A program made the translations under genes and the position numbers. From a virus (taxonomy: Duplodnaviria > Caudoviricetes): a DNA stretch of 55,232 nt. A model generated the notes under the pieces. The model had not been told where the DNA came from. It saw nothing but the letters and a program-made list of their open reading frames with translations, and ran no database searches. The stretch covers positions 1-55,232 of the IMG/VR virus record IMGVR_UViG_3300034160_000067; one strand, 5' to 3'. Shown piece after piece: positions 26,559-34,460 of the stretch. Each line of letters starts with the position of its first letter. The stretch's first letter is position 1.

Positions 26559-26911
26559 ACGGAGTCGGCTCCGTCGAATGTCAGCTTGCCGATCGCAAGC
26601 AGCGCGTCGAGCTGCACCGGCATCGGAAGGCTGCGCGCCTTCTCCCACTGGTCCATCTCGCCGCAGCCCAGTGCGATCGCTTTCGCGGCCAGCACCGGGG
26701 CCATGGTGATGAGACTGGAGAGGGATCCGATGACATCAGTGTCATCGGATCCCACCTGCAGTCCCTGAAAGAGTTCGATCGCCTTGTCGAGTTCGCCACG
26801 GTGGCCGGCCGTCACCAGCCGGGCCACCATGTCGAACGTCAAACCCTGCACCTCGAACTCGCCGCCGCGGAACACGATCTTCCGCGTCTCGATTACGACA
26901 TCAGCCAGCAT
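26453..26911 (-). CDS. Tail assembly chaperone gpG
   Basis: Between major tail and TMP; FEVQGLTF, LPMPVQLDALLAIGKLTF. Confidence 0.88.
   Translation of the reverse strand: MLADVVIETRKIVFRGGEFEVQGLTFDMVARLVTAGHRGELDKAIELFQGLQVGSDDTDVIGSLSSLITMAPVLAAKAIALGCGEMDQWEKARSLPMPVQLDALLAIGKLTFDGADSVKNFLRGLQDLLSGMTPLLQGSNSQTAEEPTGSKS
26552..26558 (-). other. Programmed -1 ribosomal frameshift heptamer A AAA AAC
   Basis: In-frame GTA AAA AAC in gpG; fits X XXY YYZ; an A-run is rare in this GC-rich coding sequence. Confidence 0.85.
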
Positions 26912-26938
26912 CTCTCAGGTCCTCGGTGGCTGTATCGA

Positions 26939-27730
26939 TTACGCGGCGCGGCCGTCGACGTAGATCGCCTGCGTGCTCGCGTCGAGCAGCAGGATCTCGA
27001 CGTTGAACGGCAGCTGCTGCCAGCTGTCGCCCTTCAGCGAGAAGTCGCCGTTCGGGCTGAGCTTCGCGTACGGCATGTAGTAGTCGCGATCCGTGCCCTT
27101 CGGGTTCTTCGCGATGAAGCGGAGAGCGCCCTCGATCGTGGCGTTGGACGACGTCACCACCTGCACGCGGCTGTTGACCACCGGGGTGTAGGTCACCCAG
27201 AGGCCTTCAGTTGCCGGCGCCACGCTGGAGCCCGTCGGGATGTAGACCCGGCCCAGCGCCGCATCGACCGTGTAGTCGGTGCCGAGCGTGGCCGCCGTCG
27301 CGGTGCCCACCGTCGTGCCCTTCTTCACGGTGATCGCCGTCGCGTTGCGGATGCCCGACGGGTTGAGAGTCGTCGCGCCGATCTGGTAGTAGCGGTCCTT
27401 CTGGACGCTGCCCACCGGGGCGAGCACGGCGTCAGTCACCACGACCGCCGTCTGCGCCACGCTACCGCTCGTACCGAGCAGCAGCAGCGACAGGTTGTCG
27501 GCGCTGATGTCGTCGAGGATGAACGAGCCCGTGCGCGTGAGTTCGAGCACGACCGAGTCGTCCTTCACGCGGATGCCCTGATCCGAGTTGAAGTGGTCGA
27601 GCATCTGGCTCGCGATGTTGATGTTGAACTCCGTCGAGTTGCCGAGGTAGCGCTCGCCGGACTTCGTCGTGGTACCCGTCAGGAATCGGTCGAAATAGAG
27701 TTCGCCCCGACCCAGAGTGTAATTCGCCAT
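26939..27730 (-). CDS. Major tail tube protein
   Basis: NYTLGRGELYF, RYLGNSTEF, EGALRFIAKNPKG, LSPNGDFSLKGDSWQ. Confidence 0.92.
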   Translation of the reverse strand: MANYTLGRGELYFDRFLTGTTTKSGERYLGNSTEFNINIASQMLDHFNSDQGIRVKDDSVVLELTRTGSFILDDISADNLSLLLLGTSGSVAQTAVVVTDAVLAPVGSVQKDRYYQIGATTLNPSGIRNATAITVKKGTTVGTATAATLGTDYTVDAALGRVYIPTGSSVAPATEGLWVTYTPVVNSRVQVVTSSNATIEGALRFIAKNPKGTDRDYYMPYAKLSPNGDFSLKGDSWQQLPFNVEILLLDASTQAIYVDGRAA

Positions 27731-27767
27731 GTCTCAACCTCCAGTTAGAAAACCAACCCCGAGTTGA

Positions 27768-28274
27768 TCACGGGGGCCAAAAAAGAGCGTCACCATCTTC
27801 GGTGACCGTCAACACGATTCGCAGCCAGAAAAACGCGCGCTCCGACAACTGATCGGGCGGCCGCACGGTGCCCGGCTCCAGCGCCAGCTCGACCACCTCT
27901 TCGAAGGCGGTGCCTTTCAGCGCCGTATCGTACACCTGCTTCCGAAGCTTGCCGAGCGCCTTCTTGACATCCACCATGAGCGCGTGAGCGGAATCCGTGG
28001 GGTTATCGAACTCCTCACGCGCCCAGCCCTGCACGAGCAGGATCCAGTCGTCCTTCTGCACGCCGCGCGCATTGCCCACGCGCACGGGCTCGCGATCGGG
28101 GTTCAGCGTCTCAAGAATCGAGATCATCGGCAGCGGGTCGTCGTCTCCGAACCAGAACCGTCCGCGGAATACTGCGTCAGTAAGCGTGTGCTGATACCCG
28201 TTAGCGACGGTCACTTCCGTCGACAGGTACGAACTCAACTGCTTCTGGATCGCGAGGCGAACACTGTCAGCCAT
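27768..28274 (-). CDS. Tail terminator protein
   Basis: VFRGRFWFGDDDPLPMISILE, LLVQGW, NPTD; synteny. Confidence 0.82.
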   Translation of the reverse strand: MADSVRLAIQKQLSSYLSTEVTVANGYQHTLTDAVFRGRFWFGDDDPLPMISILETLNPDREPVRVGNARGVQKDDWILLVQGWAREEFDNPTDSAHALMVDVKKALGKLRKQVYDTALKGTAFEEVVELALEPGTVRPPDQLSERAFFWLRIVLTVTEDGDALFWPP

Positions 28275-28902
28275 TGTCACTCCTCGCAAGCTGCCGGAGG
28301 AATTCCCCTTTCAGCTTATCTGTCACGCGAGGCTCTACGGTCTGCGCGACTTGCCGGAAGACCTGATCGACCGACGGGCCGTACAGGATGTAGAGGTCCG
28401 GGTTCTTCTTCGAGAAGGGGATCGCGCGCTTGTTGCGCAGGGTCGTGCCCGGCTTCAGGCGCACCGCGATGCCGACGTTGAACGAATCCTCGGTGACGGC
28501 CTTCGACCCGGCGCGCAGCTTGATGAAGAACGCCTTCGGCATCTCCTGCGGCTTGCCGGGCTGCACCGTCACGACGACGCCGCGCTTCTTGGCGTTGGTC
28601 GTGAAGCTGCCCGGGCGCGCGAACCGGGCGAGCGACGTCGCACGCTTGCGCCCGGTGATGACGGCCTCGGGGTTGTTCGGCGTCGCCCAGCGCGTCACGT
28701 TGAGTCGGTTGCCGGCGGTGGCCGACCCGAGATAGGGCCGCGTGAACGCGACCTGCGCGCGGATCTCGCGCGAGGACTCCGCGTAGGCGAAGCGCGTCGT
28801 CGAATTGATGGCCGGCGCCAGTGCGCGGCTCGTGCGCTGGGGGAGGGCGCGCAGGTACGCGCTCACCTTCTCCAGCCCAGCGGTCTGAACTTTGAACGTC
28901 AT
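28267..28902 (-). CDS. Tail completion / neck protein (lambda gpZ-like)
   Basis: Basic; AIN, TSLARF, AFFIKLR, LYGPSVDQVF. Confidence 0.85.
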   Translation of the reverse strand: MTFKVQTAGLEKVSAYLRALPQRTSRALAPAINSTTRFAYAESSREIRAQVAFTRPYLGSATAGNRLNVTRWATPNNPEAVITGRKRATSLARFARPGSFTTNAKKRGVVVTVQPGKPQEMPKAFFIKLRAGSKAVTEDSFNVGIAVRLKPGTTLRNKRAIPFSKKNPDLYILYGPSVDQVFRQVAQTVEPRVTDKLKGEFLRQLARSDNG

Positions 28903-29240
28903 GCGTCACTCCGCACGACTTGGAATTCGACCGTGAAGTCATCCTTCGTCGGGTCCTTCAGGTCGAGTCGATACTTCTGCCCTTCGGCAGTGGTGATGCT
29001 TCCGCCGCGCCGAATGCCCAGCCGGGCCACGTCCGACGCGAGGAAGATCACACGCTCGATTTCCTCGATCGTCTGCGAGTAGCCCTCGCGATCGAGATCA
29101 CCGATGCGGGCGTAGCGCGTGTGGAGACGGACCGAGACCACGGTGCCTGCGCCGCCCAAGGCGGGAACGTAGGTGACTGGCCGGGCGAAGGTGCTATGCA
29201 CCGACGCCCGAGACAGTTTCCGCAGCTCGGTCCACTCCAT
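28899..29240 (-). CDS. Head closure protein (gpFII-like)
   Basis: VHSTFARP, VRLH, RGG motifs; synteny. Confidence 0.8.
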   Translation of the reverse strand: MEWTELRKLSRASVHSTFARPVTYVPALGGAGTVVSVRLHTRYARIGDLDREGYSQTIEEIERVIFLASDVARLGIRRGGSITTAEGQKYRLDLKDPTKDDFTVEFQVVRSDA

Positions 29241-29243
29241 CGA

Positions 29244-29423
29244 CTACTCCTTCGGCGCCTCGGCCGCAGGGGCCGGGACAGGCGCATCGAGCGGCGCGGC
29301 AACGCCCCACTCGATCAGATCCGCGGCGAGCTTCTCGTCGCAGGTGAACTCCACGCCGGGGTTGGCCGTCTTCGGGCCGTCGAGGACGATCGTGTTGATC
29401 GCCCGAATCTTGATCTTCGCCAT
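29244..29423 (-). CDS. Small post-capsid protein (gpFI position)
   Basis: AGGAG RBS; MAKIKIRAINTIVLDG...PGVEF...A.DLIEWGVA; 59 aa, below ORF-track cutoff. Confidence 0.75.
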   Translation of the reverse strand: MAKIKIRAINTIVLDGPKTANPGVEFTCDEKLAADLIEWGVAAPLDAPVPAPAAEAPKE

Positions 29424-29437
29424 CCGTCTTCTCCTGT

Positions 29438-29468
29438 GGAAAGGGGCTCCCCCTTACGGGAGAGCCCC
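29438..29468 (-). terminator. Rho-independent terminator after major capsid gene
   Basis: GGGGCTCTCCC-GTAA-GGGGGAGCCCC-TTT on minus strand; short U-run suggests partial read-through. Confidence 0.75.
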
Positions 29469-29486
29469 GGTCTCAGTGCGGTCTGA

Positions 29487-30518
29487 TCAGACCACCTTCA
29501 CCTTCATGGTGCAGTCCGCGCGCAGCGGCACCATCAGCGGGGCGCTCTGCGTCATCAGGTACTCCGCCGACGGGTCTTCCTGCACCCACGTCTTCGGGAA
29601 GTACGTGAGGGGCTGGTAGCCTGCCGCGCCGTCCATGATGGCGCCGAAGCAGCGCACACCCTCGATGCCGGCCGACGCGGTCAGCACGACCGTGTCCTGC
29701 GACAGCATCTGGGTGACGGTGCCGTCATCCGCGTCGTACACGTCCGCGTACACGTAGATCTCGACGCCGCTGACCTCGCCGACCTTGCGGGCGACGGTGC
29801 CATTGAGCGGATCACGGTCGACGGAGAGCGCCGAGCCCTTGATCTGCGTGGACAGCAGGTCCTTGACCTTCGGATGCACGCGGAACGCCTGCCACGCCGT
29901 GACGCCCATGGTGGCGCGGTTCACGATGTAGCCGGTGCTCGACTGGATCAGCGCGAGCCACGTCTCGAAGTTCGTGAGCGGATCGCTGTTGACCGTGTCG
30001 GTCCACAGGTTCGTGCCCGTGAGAACCACGGTACGGTTCGCGTTGCGCTGGAAGGCCACGACGGCCGTCGGATAGCTCTCGCCCGTGATCGTCAGGGAGC
30101 CGTCGATGATCGCGCGCGCGGCCATCCACTCCAGACGACGGTCGATCATCTTGCGGTGCTCGGAGAGAATCTCCGCGACCTTCGCGTCCCGGCGCTGCTG
30201 CAGGGAGAGGCTCCCCATCAGCGGCTCGCCGGCGCGACGCTTGATGATCTTCGACGGGTCGATCACGTCCTTCGGCTTGATGTACGCCGGCTTGAAGCGC
30301 TTCGAGCTGTACCCGCGATCCGTCTGCACCTTGCCCTGAACGAGCGGCGAGACGAACGGTGCGAGCCGGCGGGTGTGGTCCACCAGATCGAAGTCGATGA
30401 ATTCCTGATCGAAGTTCATCGCGTTCGGGAAGAACTGCGACCAGTAGTTGCTCACGTCCGGCGTCAGCGTCTCGATGACGCGGACGAGGTCGTGGGTATC
30501 GTAAGTGCCCAGTGACAT
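29487..30518 (-). CDS. Major capsid protein (lambda gpE family)
   Basis: RLAPFVSPLVQG, FKPAYIKPK, RRLEWMAA, YLMTQSAPLMVP. Confidence 0.95.
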   Translation of the reverse strand: MSLGTYDTHDLVRVIETLTPDVSNYWSQFFPNAMNFDQEFIDFDLVDHTRRLAPFVSPLVQGKVQTDRGYSSKRFKPAYIKPKDVIDPSKIIKRRAGEPLMGSLSLQQRRDAKVAEILSEHRKMIDRRLEWMAARAIIDGSLTITGESYPTAVVAFQRNANRTVVLTGTNLWTDTVNSDPLTNFETWLALIQSSTGYIVNRATMGVTAWQAFRVHPKVKDLLSTQIKGSALSVDRDPLNGTVARKVGEVSGVEIYVYADVYDADDGTVTQMLSQDTVVLTASAGIEGVRCFGAIMDGAAGYQPLTYFPKTWVQEDPSAEYLMTQSAPLMVPLRADCTMKVKVV

Positions 30519-30551
30519 TGTTCGATGCTCCTGAAGTTGAAACGGTGAGGG

Positions 30552-30941
30552 TTAGATGACCGTGGTCGAGCCCGGGAGGGCCTTCACGGAAATCGGGGTG
30601 CGATCGAACGCGGTGACCTTCTGCAGGGTCGTCGCGCCGCCCGGCCAGACGAGGGCATCGATGTTGAAGATGCCGCCGATGTACATCTGGCACAGCACAT
30701 CCGCCGCCGTGGCGTCACATGCGTGAACCAGAATGCCGACCGCGAACTGCGAGCCGTCGACGCCCGCCGGGTTCCAGACCTTCAGCTTGCCCGACGCCGT
30801 GATGCGGCCCACGACCGCGAGAGCCGCGAGGTTCTGCCCCGTGACCAGCTTGGCCTCCGCGGTTTCGACATCGTCGCCTGCGAAGATGTACGGCGGCGTG
30901 TATGCATCGCCGGTTTCAACTCCAGCCAGAAAATCAGCCAT
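30552..30941 (-). CDS. Head decoration protein (lambda gpD family)
   Basis: GSQFAVGIL, YIGGIFNIDALVWP; between protease and MCP. Confidence 0.9.
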   Translation of the reverse strand: MADFLAGVETGDAYTPPYIFAGDDVETAEAKLVTGQNLAALAVVGRITASGKLKVWNPAGVDGSQFAVGILVHACDATAADVLCQMYIGGIFNIDALVWPGGATTLQKVTAFDRTPISVKALPGSTTVI

Positions 30942-30967
30942 TGAAATTCTCCTTCAGAAAGTGGTGA

Positions 30968-31351
30968 TCAGTTGAACTTGCGGCCGGTCGCCGTCGAGAA
31001 CGCGGACAGGATCCGCTTCGAGACGTCGTCCGCAGCTACCGCTGCCGTGCCGGCGTCCGCGCCGACTTCGGGGTTGCCGGTTGCCATCGCCGCGGCGAAC
31101 GCCGGGGCCACAGCAGCCTTGGCCGCAGCCGGAGCCGCAGCGAGAATGCCCTTGGCGGCATCCGCAGCCATGTCGGTCGTGAACGCGAGGTGACGCGCGA
31201 GGGTGTCGCGCTCCTTCGCTTCGTCCGAGGACAGGATCGCGCTGATGCGCGCCCGCTCGTCCGCACGCGCCGTCGCGCTCGCAGCCGCAGCGGCCGCCTT
31301 CACGTCTGCCTCGGTCACAGCCTGAGGCGAGGCTCCTTCACTCTTCTCCAT
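30968..31351 (-). CDS. Scaffolding protein nested in-frame in the protease gene (Nu3-like)
   Basis: Internal AAGGAG-7nt-ATG (MEKSEGASP...); ERARISAIL motif. Confidence 0.75.
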   Translation of the reverse strand: MEKSEGASPQAVTEADVKAAAAAASATARADERARISAILSSDEAKERDTLARHLAFTTDMAADAAKGILAAAPAAAKAAVAPAFAAAMATGNPEVGADAGTAAVAADDVSKRILSAFSTATGRKFN

Positions 31352-32206
31352 TGAAACACTCCTTCGAGTTGTTGAAACTGAGCTTCGCAGCTCGCCAATG
31401 ACCGCGGACAGCGCGTCGACAGGACTCGCTACCGCATCGATCAAACCTAGGGTCAGGGCCTCGGCGGAGCCGTAGGTCCGCGCCTCCGTCGCGCGCACGG
31501 CTGCGGCATCGATGCCACGATTGCGCGCCACGAGCCCGACGAAGTCTTCGTAGCTGGCGTCGATCTCCGCCTGCAGCTCCGCCTTCACGCTCTTCGAGAG
31601 CGGCTCATACGGATTGGCGTCGACCTTGTGGTCGCCCGCGAAGACAAACGTCACCTTGACGCCGTCCTTCTCCAGCGCCTTCGAGTAGTCGACGTGCATC
31701 GCGACCACGCCGATCGAGCCCACCGAGGCGCTGCGCGTCGCGATGATCTTCGTCGCGGCGCTCGCGATCGCGTAGGCGGCCGAGTGCGCGTTCGCGTCCA
31801 CGAGCGCGTAGATCGGCTTCTGCTCGCGCGCCGCGTAGATGAAGTCGACCAGCTCGAAGCAGCCCTGCACCATGCCGCCGTTGCTGTTCACGTCGAGCGC
31901 GATCGCCTTGACGTCCGAGTCGGAGAGGGCGGCCGAGAGCATGCCGTGGATCGCGTTGTAGCCCGTGGCGAACGACATCGCATACGGGAAACGGTTCAGC
32001 AGCACGCCGGTCACTGGGACCATGGCGACGCCGTTCACCATCGAGTACGGCTTCGCGCCTGCGAGGAACTGTTCGTGCGCCGCCGCGACGGCCGCCGGCT
32101 TCGCCACGTCGGCAGCCGCGAGCAGCGCCGCGATGTTGTTGAACGACGGCGAGTAGAGCACCGGGCGCCCGTCGAGTTCAGCGAGCTGGGCGTTCACTTC
32201 AGCCAT
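30968..32206 (-). CDS. S49 prohead protease (lambda gpC-like)
   Basis: IALDVNSNGG, AHSAAYAIASAA, VGSIGVV, VARNRG, GLIDAV. Confidence 0.93.
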   Translation of the reverse strand: MAEVNAQLAELDGRPVLYSPSFNNIAALLAAADVAKPAAVAAAHEQFLAGAKPYSMVNGVAMVPVTGVLLNRFPYAMSFATGYNAIHGMLSAALSDSDVKAIALDVNSNGGMVQGCFELVDFIYAAREQKPIYALVDANAHSAAYAIASAATKIIATRSASVGSIGVVAMHVDYSKALEKDGVKVTFVFAGDHKVDANPYEPLSKSVKAELQAEIDASYEDFVGLVARNRGIDAAAVRATEARTYGSAEALTLGLIDAVASPVDALSAVIGELRSSVSTTRRSVSMEKSEGASPQAVTEADVKAAAAAASATARADERARISAILSSDEAKERDTLARHLAFTTDMAADAAKGILAAAPAAAKAAVAPAFAAAMATGNPEVGADAGTAAVAADDVSKRILSAFSTATGRKFN

Positions 32207-33824
32207 TACCGTTGCCTCCGGCGTTGCCGTTCTGGTCCTGCTGGTCTTGATTCTGCTGATCCTGCTGGGCGGCCGTAGCCTCCGCCTGCGCCAGTGCGAT
32301 GTTGGCCGCGCCGAACACGAGACCCGCCTTCTCGGCTTCGGCCTGCTCGCGTGCCTGCTGCGCGAAGATCTCGCGCCAGTCGAGGCCGAGGCGCGCCGCC
32401 TCGATCTCCTTGGTCGACAAGCCCGCGTCGATGCGCGCGACGGCCGCCTGCGTTTCCTTCAGCTCGTCGATCTGGCCGCGGCTCGCGCCGATCCACGCAC
32501 ACTGGCAGTAGGCCTCCTTGTTGAGGCCTTCGTAGAAGCTCGGCGCGTTCTTCGGCAGCGACTTGATGTCCCCGGCGTTGATGGCCTCTTCGAGCCACAG
32601 CTCGAAGATGCTCGACGCGAACCGATCGGCCACCATCTTCTTGCGGCCCTGCATGTACTTCCACGTCTCGTTCATGCTCGCGCGCGCCGACGAATAGTTC
32701 GTCTTGCTGTAGTCGCGGGAGAACTGCTCGTATGACAGGCCGAGACCCGCAGCGATGTGACGGAGCAGGGACTCTTCGAAGGTCGTGCCCACGCCACCGG
32801 CTTGGCCTGCCGGGCGAAGATTGAGCTTCGACCCGGGGAACAGGTGCGGGATCTTGACGCCGTCGATGTGGACGTTCTTCGATCCTTCGGAGTACTGCGA
32901 GATCGCGCCGAGGTACTGACTCGCCCACTCGATGCTGTTCGGGCTCGACGCACCGATGGATTCGAGCGCGGCCTCCCGCGGCAGCTCGGACTCGATGGTG
33001 GCCGCGTAGGTCGCGTTGACGACGGCGTTCTGCAGGACGATGTCCTGATAACGGCTCGTCATCTTCATCTGCTTGAGCACGCTGACCATCTCCGCGATGC
33101 CGCGGGTCTGGTCGGGCATGAAGCGCTCGAACAGGTGAATGACCTGCAGGCGCCCCCACGGTTTGCGCATGGGCACGCGAACCCAGTTGAACCCCGTCAT
33201 GTCGTACGGATCCGCCGGGTGACCGACGCGGATGTGCGCCGCCATCGGCGCGCCGTAGCGGTTGCGCTCGATGCCGCCGCGCAGGTTCTTCGTGTCCGGC
33301 TCGCCCATCGGATTCGACAGGCGATCGAGATGGATCATCTGCACGGCCGTCGAGTACGGGCGAATGCCTTCGCGGATCCACTCCGCGGTGGCGAGAATCT
33401 CGCCGGCCATCACGTACACGCCGATCGCAAGGCGCGTGAGCCCCGTGAGCGTGTCGTGACGCGATGCGTCGACCCAGCAGTTCTGGGACTCCGCGTAGAG
33501 CCGGAACTTCGACTCGACCTCGCGCTGGAATTCCTCGGCCCACGTCTCGTCGAGCCCGAGCACGCGGAAGTCCGGGCGCGAGTTCAGCGTGAACTGCGTG
33601 CCGACGATGCTGTCGCGGTGGATCGCCACCGCGCCGTTCGCGTAGCCGTCGTTGCGGACGATGTCGCGCGAGCGCGCGTCGGACATCTTCTTGACCGGCA
33701 GGATGTCGCCATCGGGCGATCGCAGCGACGGCTTGTCCATCGCGAGTTCGCGGCTCGTGCGGCTCGCGCCCTCGTAGGCGCCGCCGACGGCCATGGGCTG
33801 CAGGGGAGTGATCGTGACGTCCAT
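32199..33824 (-). CDS. Portal protein (lambda gpB family)
   Basis: ARSRDIVRND, GQTRG-like DQTRG, DYSKTNYSSAR, IDELKE. Confidence 0.95.
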   Translation of the reverse strand: MDVTITPLQPMAVGGAYEGASRTSRELAMDKPSLRSPDGDILPVKKMSDARSRDIVRNDGYANGAVAIHRDSIVGTQFTLNSRPDFRVLGLDETWAEEFQREVESKFRLYAESQNCWVDASRHDTLTGLTRLAIGVYVMAGEILATAEWIREGIRPYSTAVQMIHLDRLSNPMGEPDTKNLRGGIERNRYGAPMAAHIRVGHPADPYDMTGFNWVRVPMRKPWGRLQVIHLFERFMPDQTRGIAEMVSVLKQMKMTSRYQDIVLQNAVVNATYAATIESELPREAALESIGASSPNSIEWASQYLGAISQYSEGSKNVHIDGVKIPHLFPGSKLNLRPAGQAGGVGTTFEESLLRHIAAGLGLSYEQFSRDYSKTNYSSARASMNETWKYMQGRKKMVADRFASSIFELWLEEAINAGDIKSLPKNAPSFYEGLNKEAYCQCAWIGASRGQIDELKETQAAVARIDAGLSTKEIEAARLGLDWREIFAQQAREQAEAEKAGLVFGAANIALAQAEATAAQQDQQNQDQQDQNGNAGGNGNG

Positions 33825-34402
33825 CAGAAGGTCACCCCCGCAGGCGCACGATAGGCCGCCGTCAGCAGCCCGAGCTGCGCTTTCAGCGACAGGATGTACT
33901 GCGCCAGCCGGGGCGCGTTGGCCGCCGTGTACTCGACGCGCTCGCCGTTCTGGTCGACCACGACGCGCGCGCTGAGCCCGAGGTTCAGCCGGTGATAGGC
34001 CGCTTCGGCTTCATTCAGCAGCGTGAGCAGCGCCGGGCCGCGATACGCCGGAGACTCCGGGGCCGTCGCCGGGGCGACGTCGCCGCAGCCCGGGTCGGTG
34101 ACGACGACGCTGTACTTCAGCGTGCGCGTGACGCCTGCGCTGGAGATCGTGAACGCCGCTTCGTAGGTCTGCCCGGTGACGAGGCCGATGCCCGCCGCGA
34201 GCTGCCGGCGGTAGACGCCGTTGCTGCCTGCGACGTAGCCGAGCACGGCCGGCCATGCCTCGCCCGTCACCTCGACCGCCGCACTGTCGCGCAGGGTCGC
34301 AGCCACCGCGGCGTCGTTGATATACAGCCCGGTGAGCGCGTTGCGCACGATCACTTGAAGGACCGGCGCGTTGCCTTGTTCGAAGATCAGCGTGCAGCTC
34401 AT
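33824..34402 (-). CDS. gpW head-tail adaptor fused to an N-terminal beta-sandwich domain
   Basis: C-terminal LNEAEAAYHRLNLG..ARVVVDQNGERVEYTAAN..RL..YI is gpW; about 120 extra N-terminal residues in the same frame from ATG 34402. Confidence 0.85.
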   Translation of the reverse strand: MSCTLIFEQGNAPVLQVIVRNALTGLYINDAAVAATLRDSAAVEVTGEAWPAVLGYVAGSNGVYRRQLAAGIGLVTGQTYEAAFTISSAGVTRTLKYSVVVTDPGCGDVAPATAPESPAYRGPALLTLLNEAEAAYHRLNLGLSARVVVDQNGERVEYTAANAPRLAQYILSLKAQLGLLTAAYRAPAGVTF

Positions 34403-34431
34403 GGTTGACAGATCCACCAAAAGTGGAAGCG

Positions 34432-34460
34432 AGTGTATACCACTGTTGTCACGGAACCAA
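34432..34460 (-). promoter_or_regulatory. Putative promoter for the head operon
   Basis: TTGGTT-17-TACACT; palindrome CCAC-N5-GTGG just downstream at 34414-34426. Confidence 0.5.
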
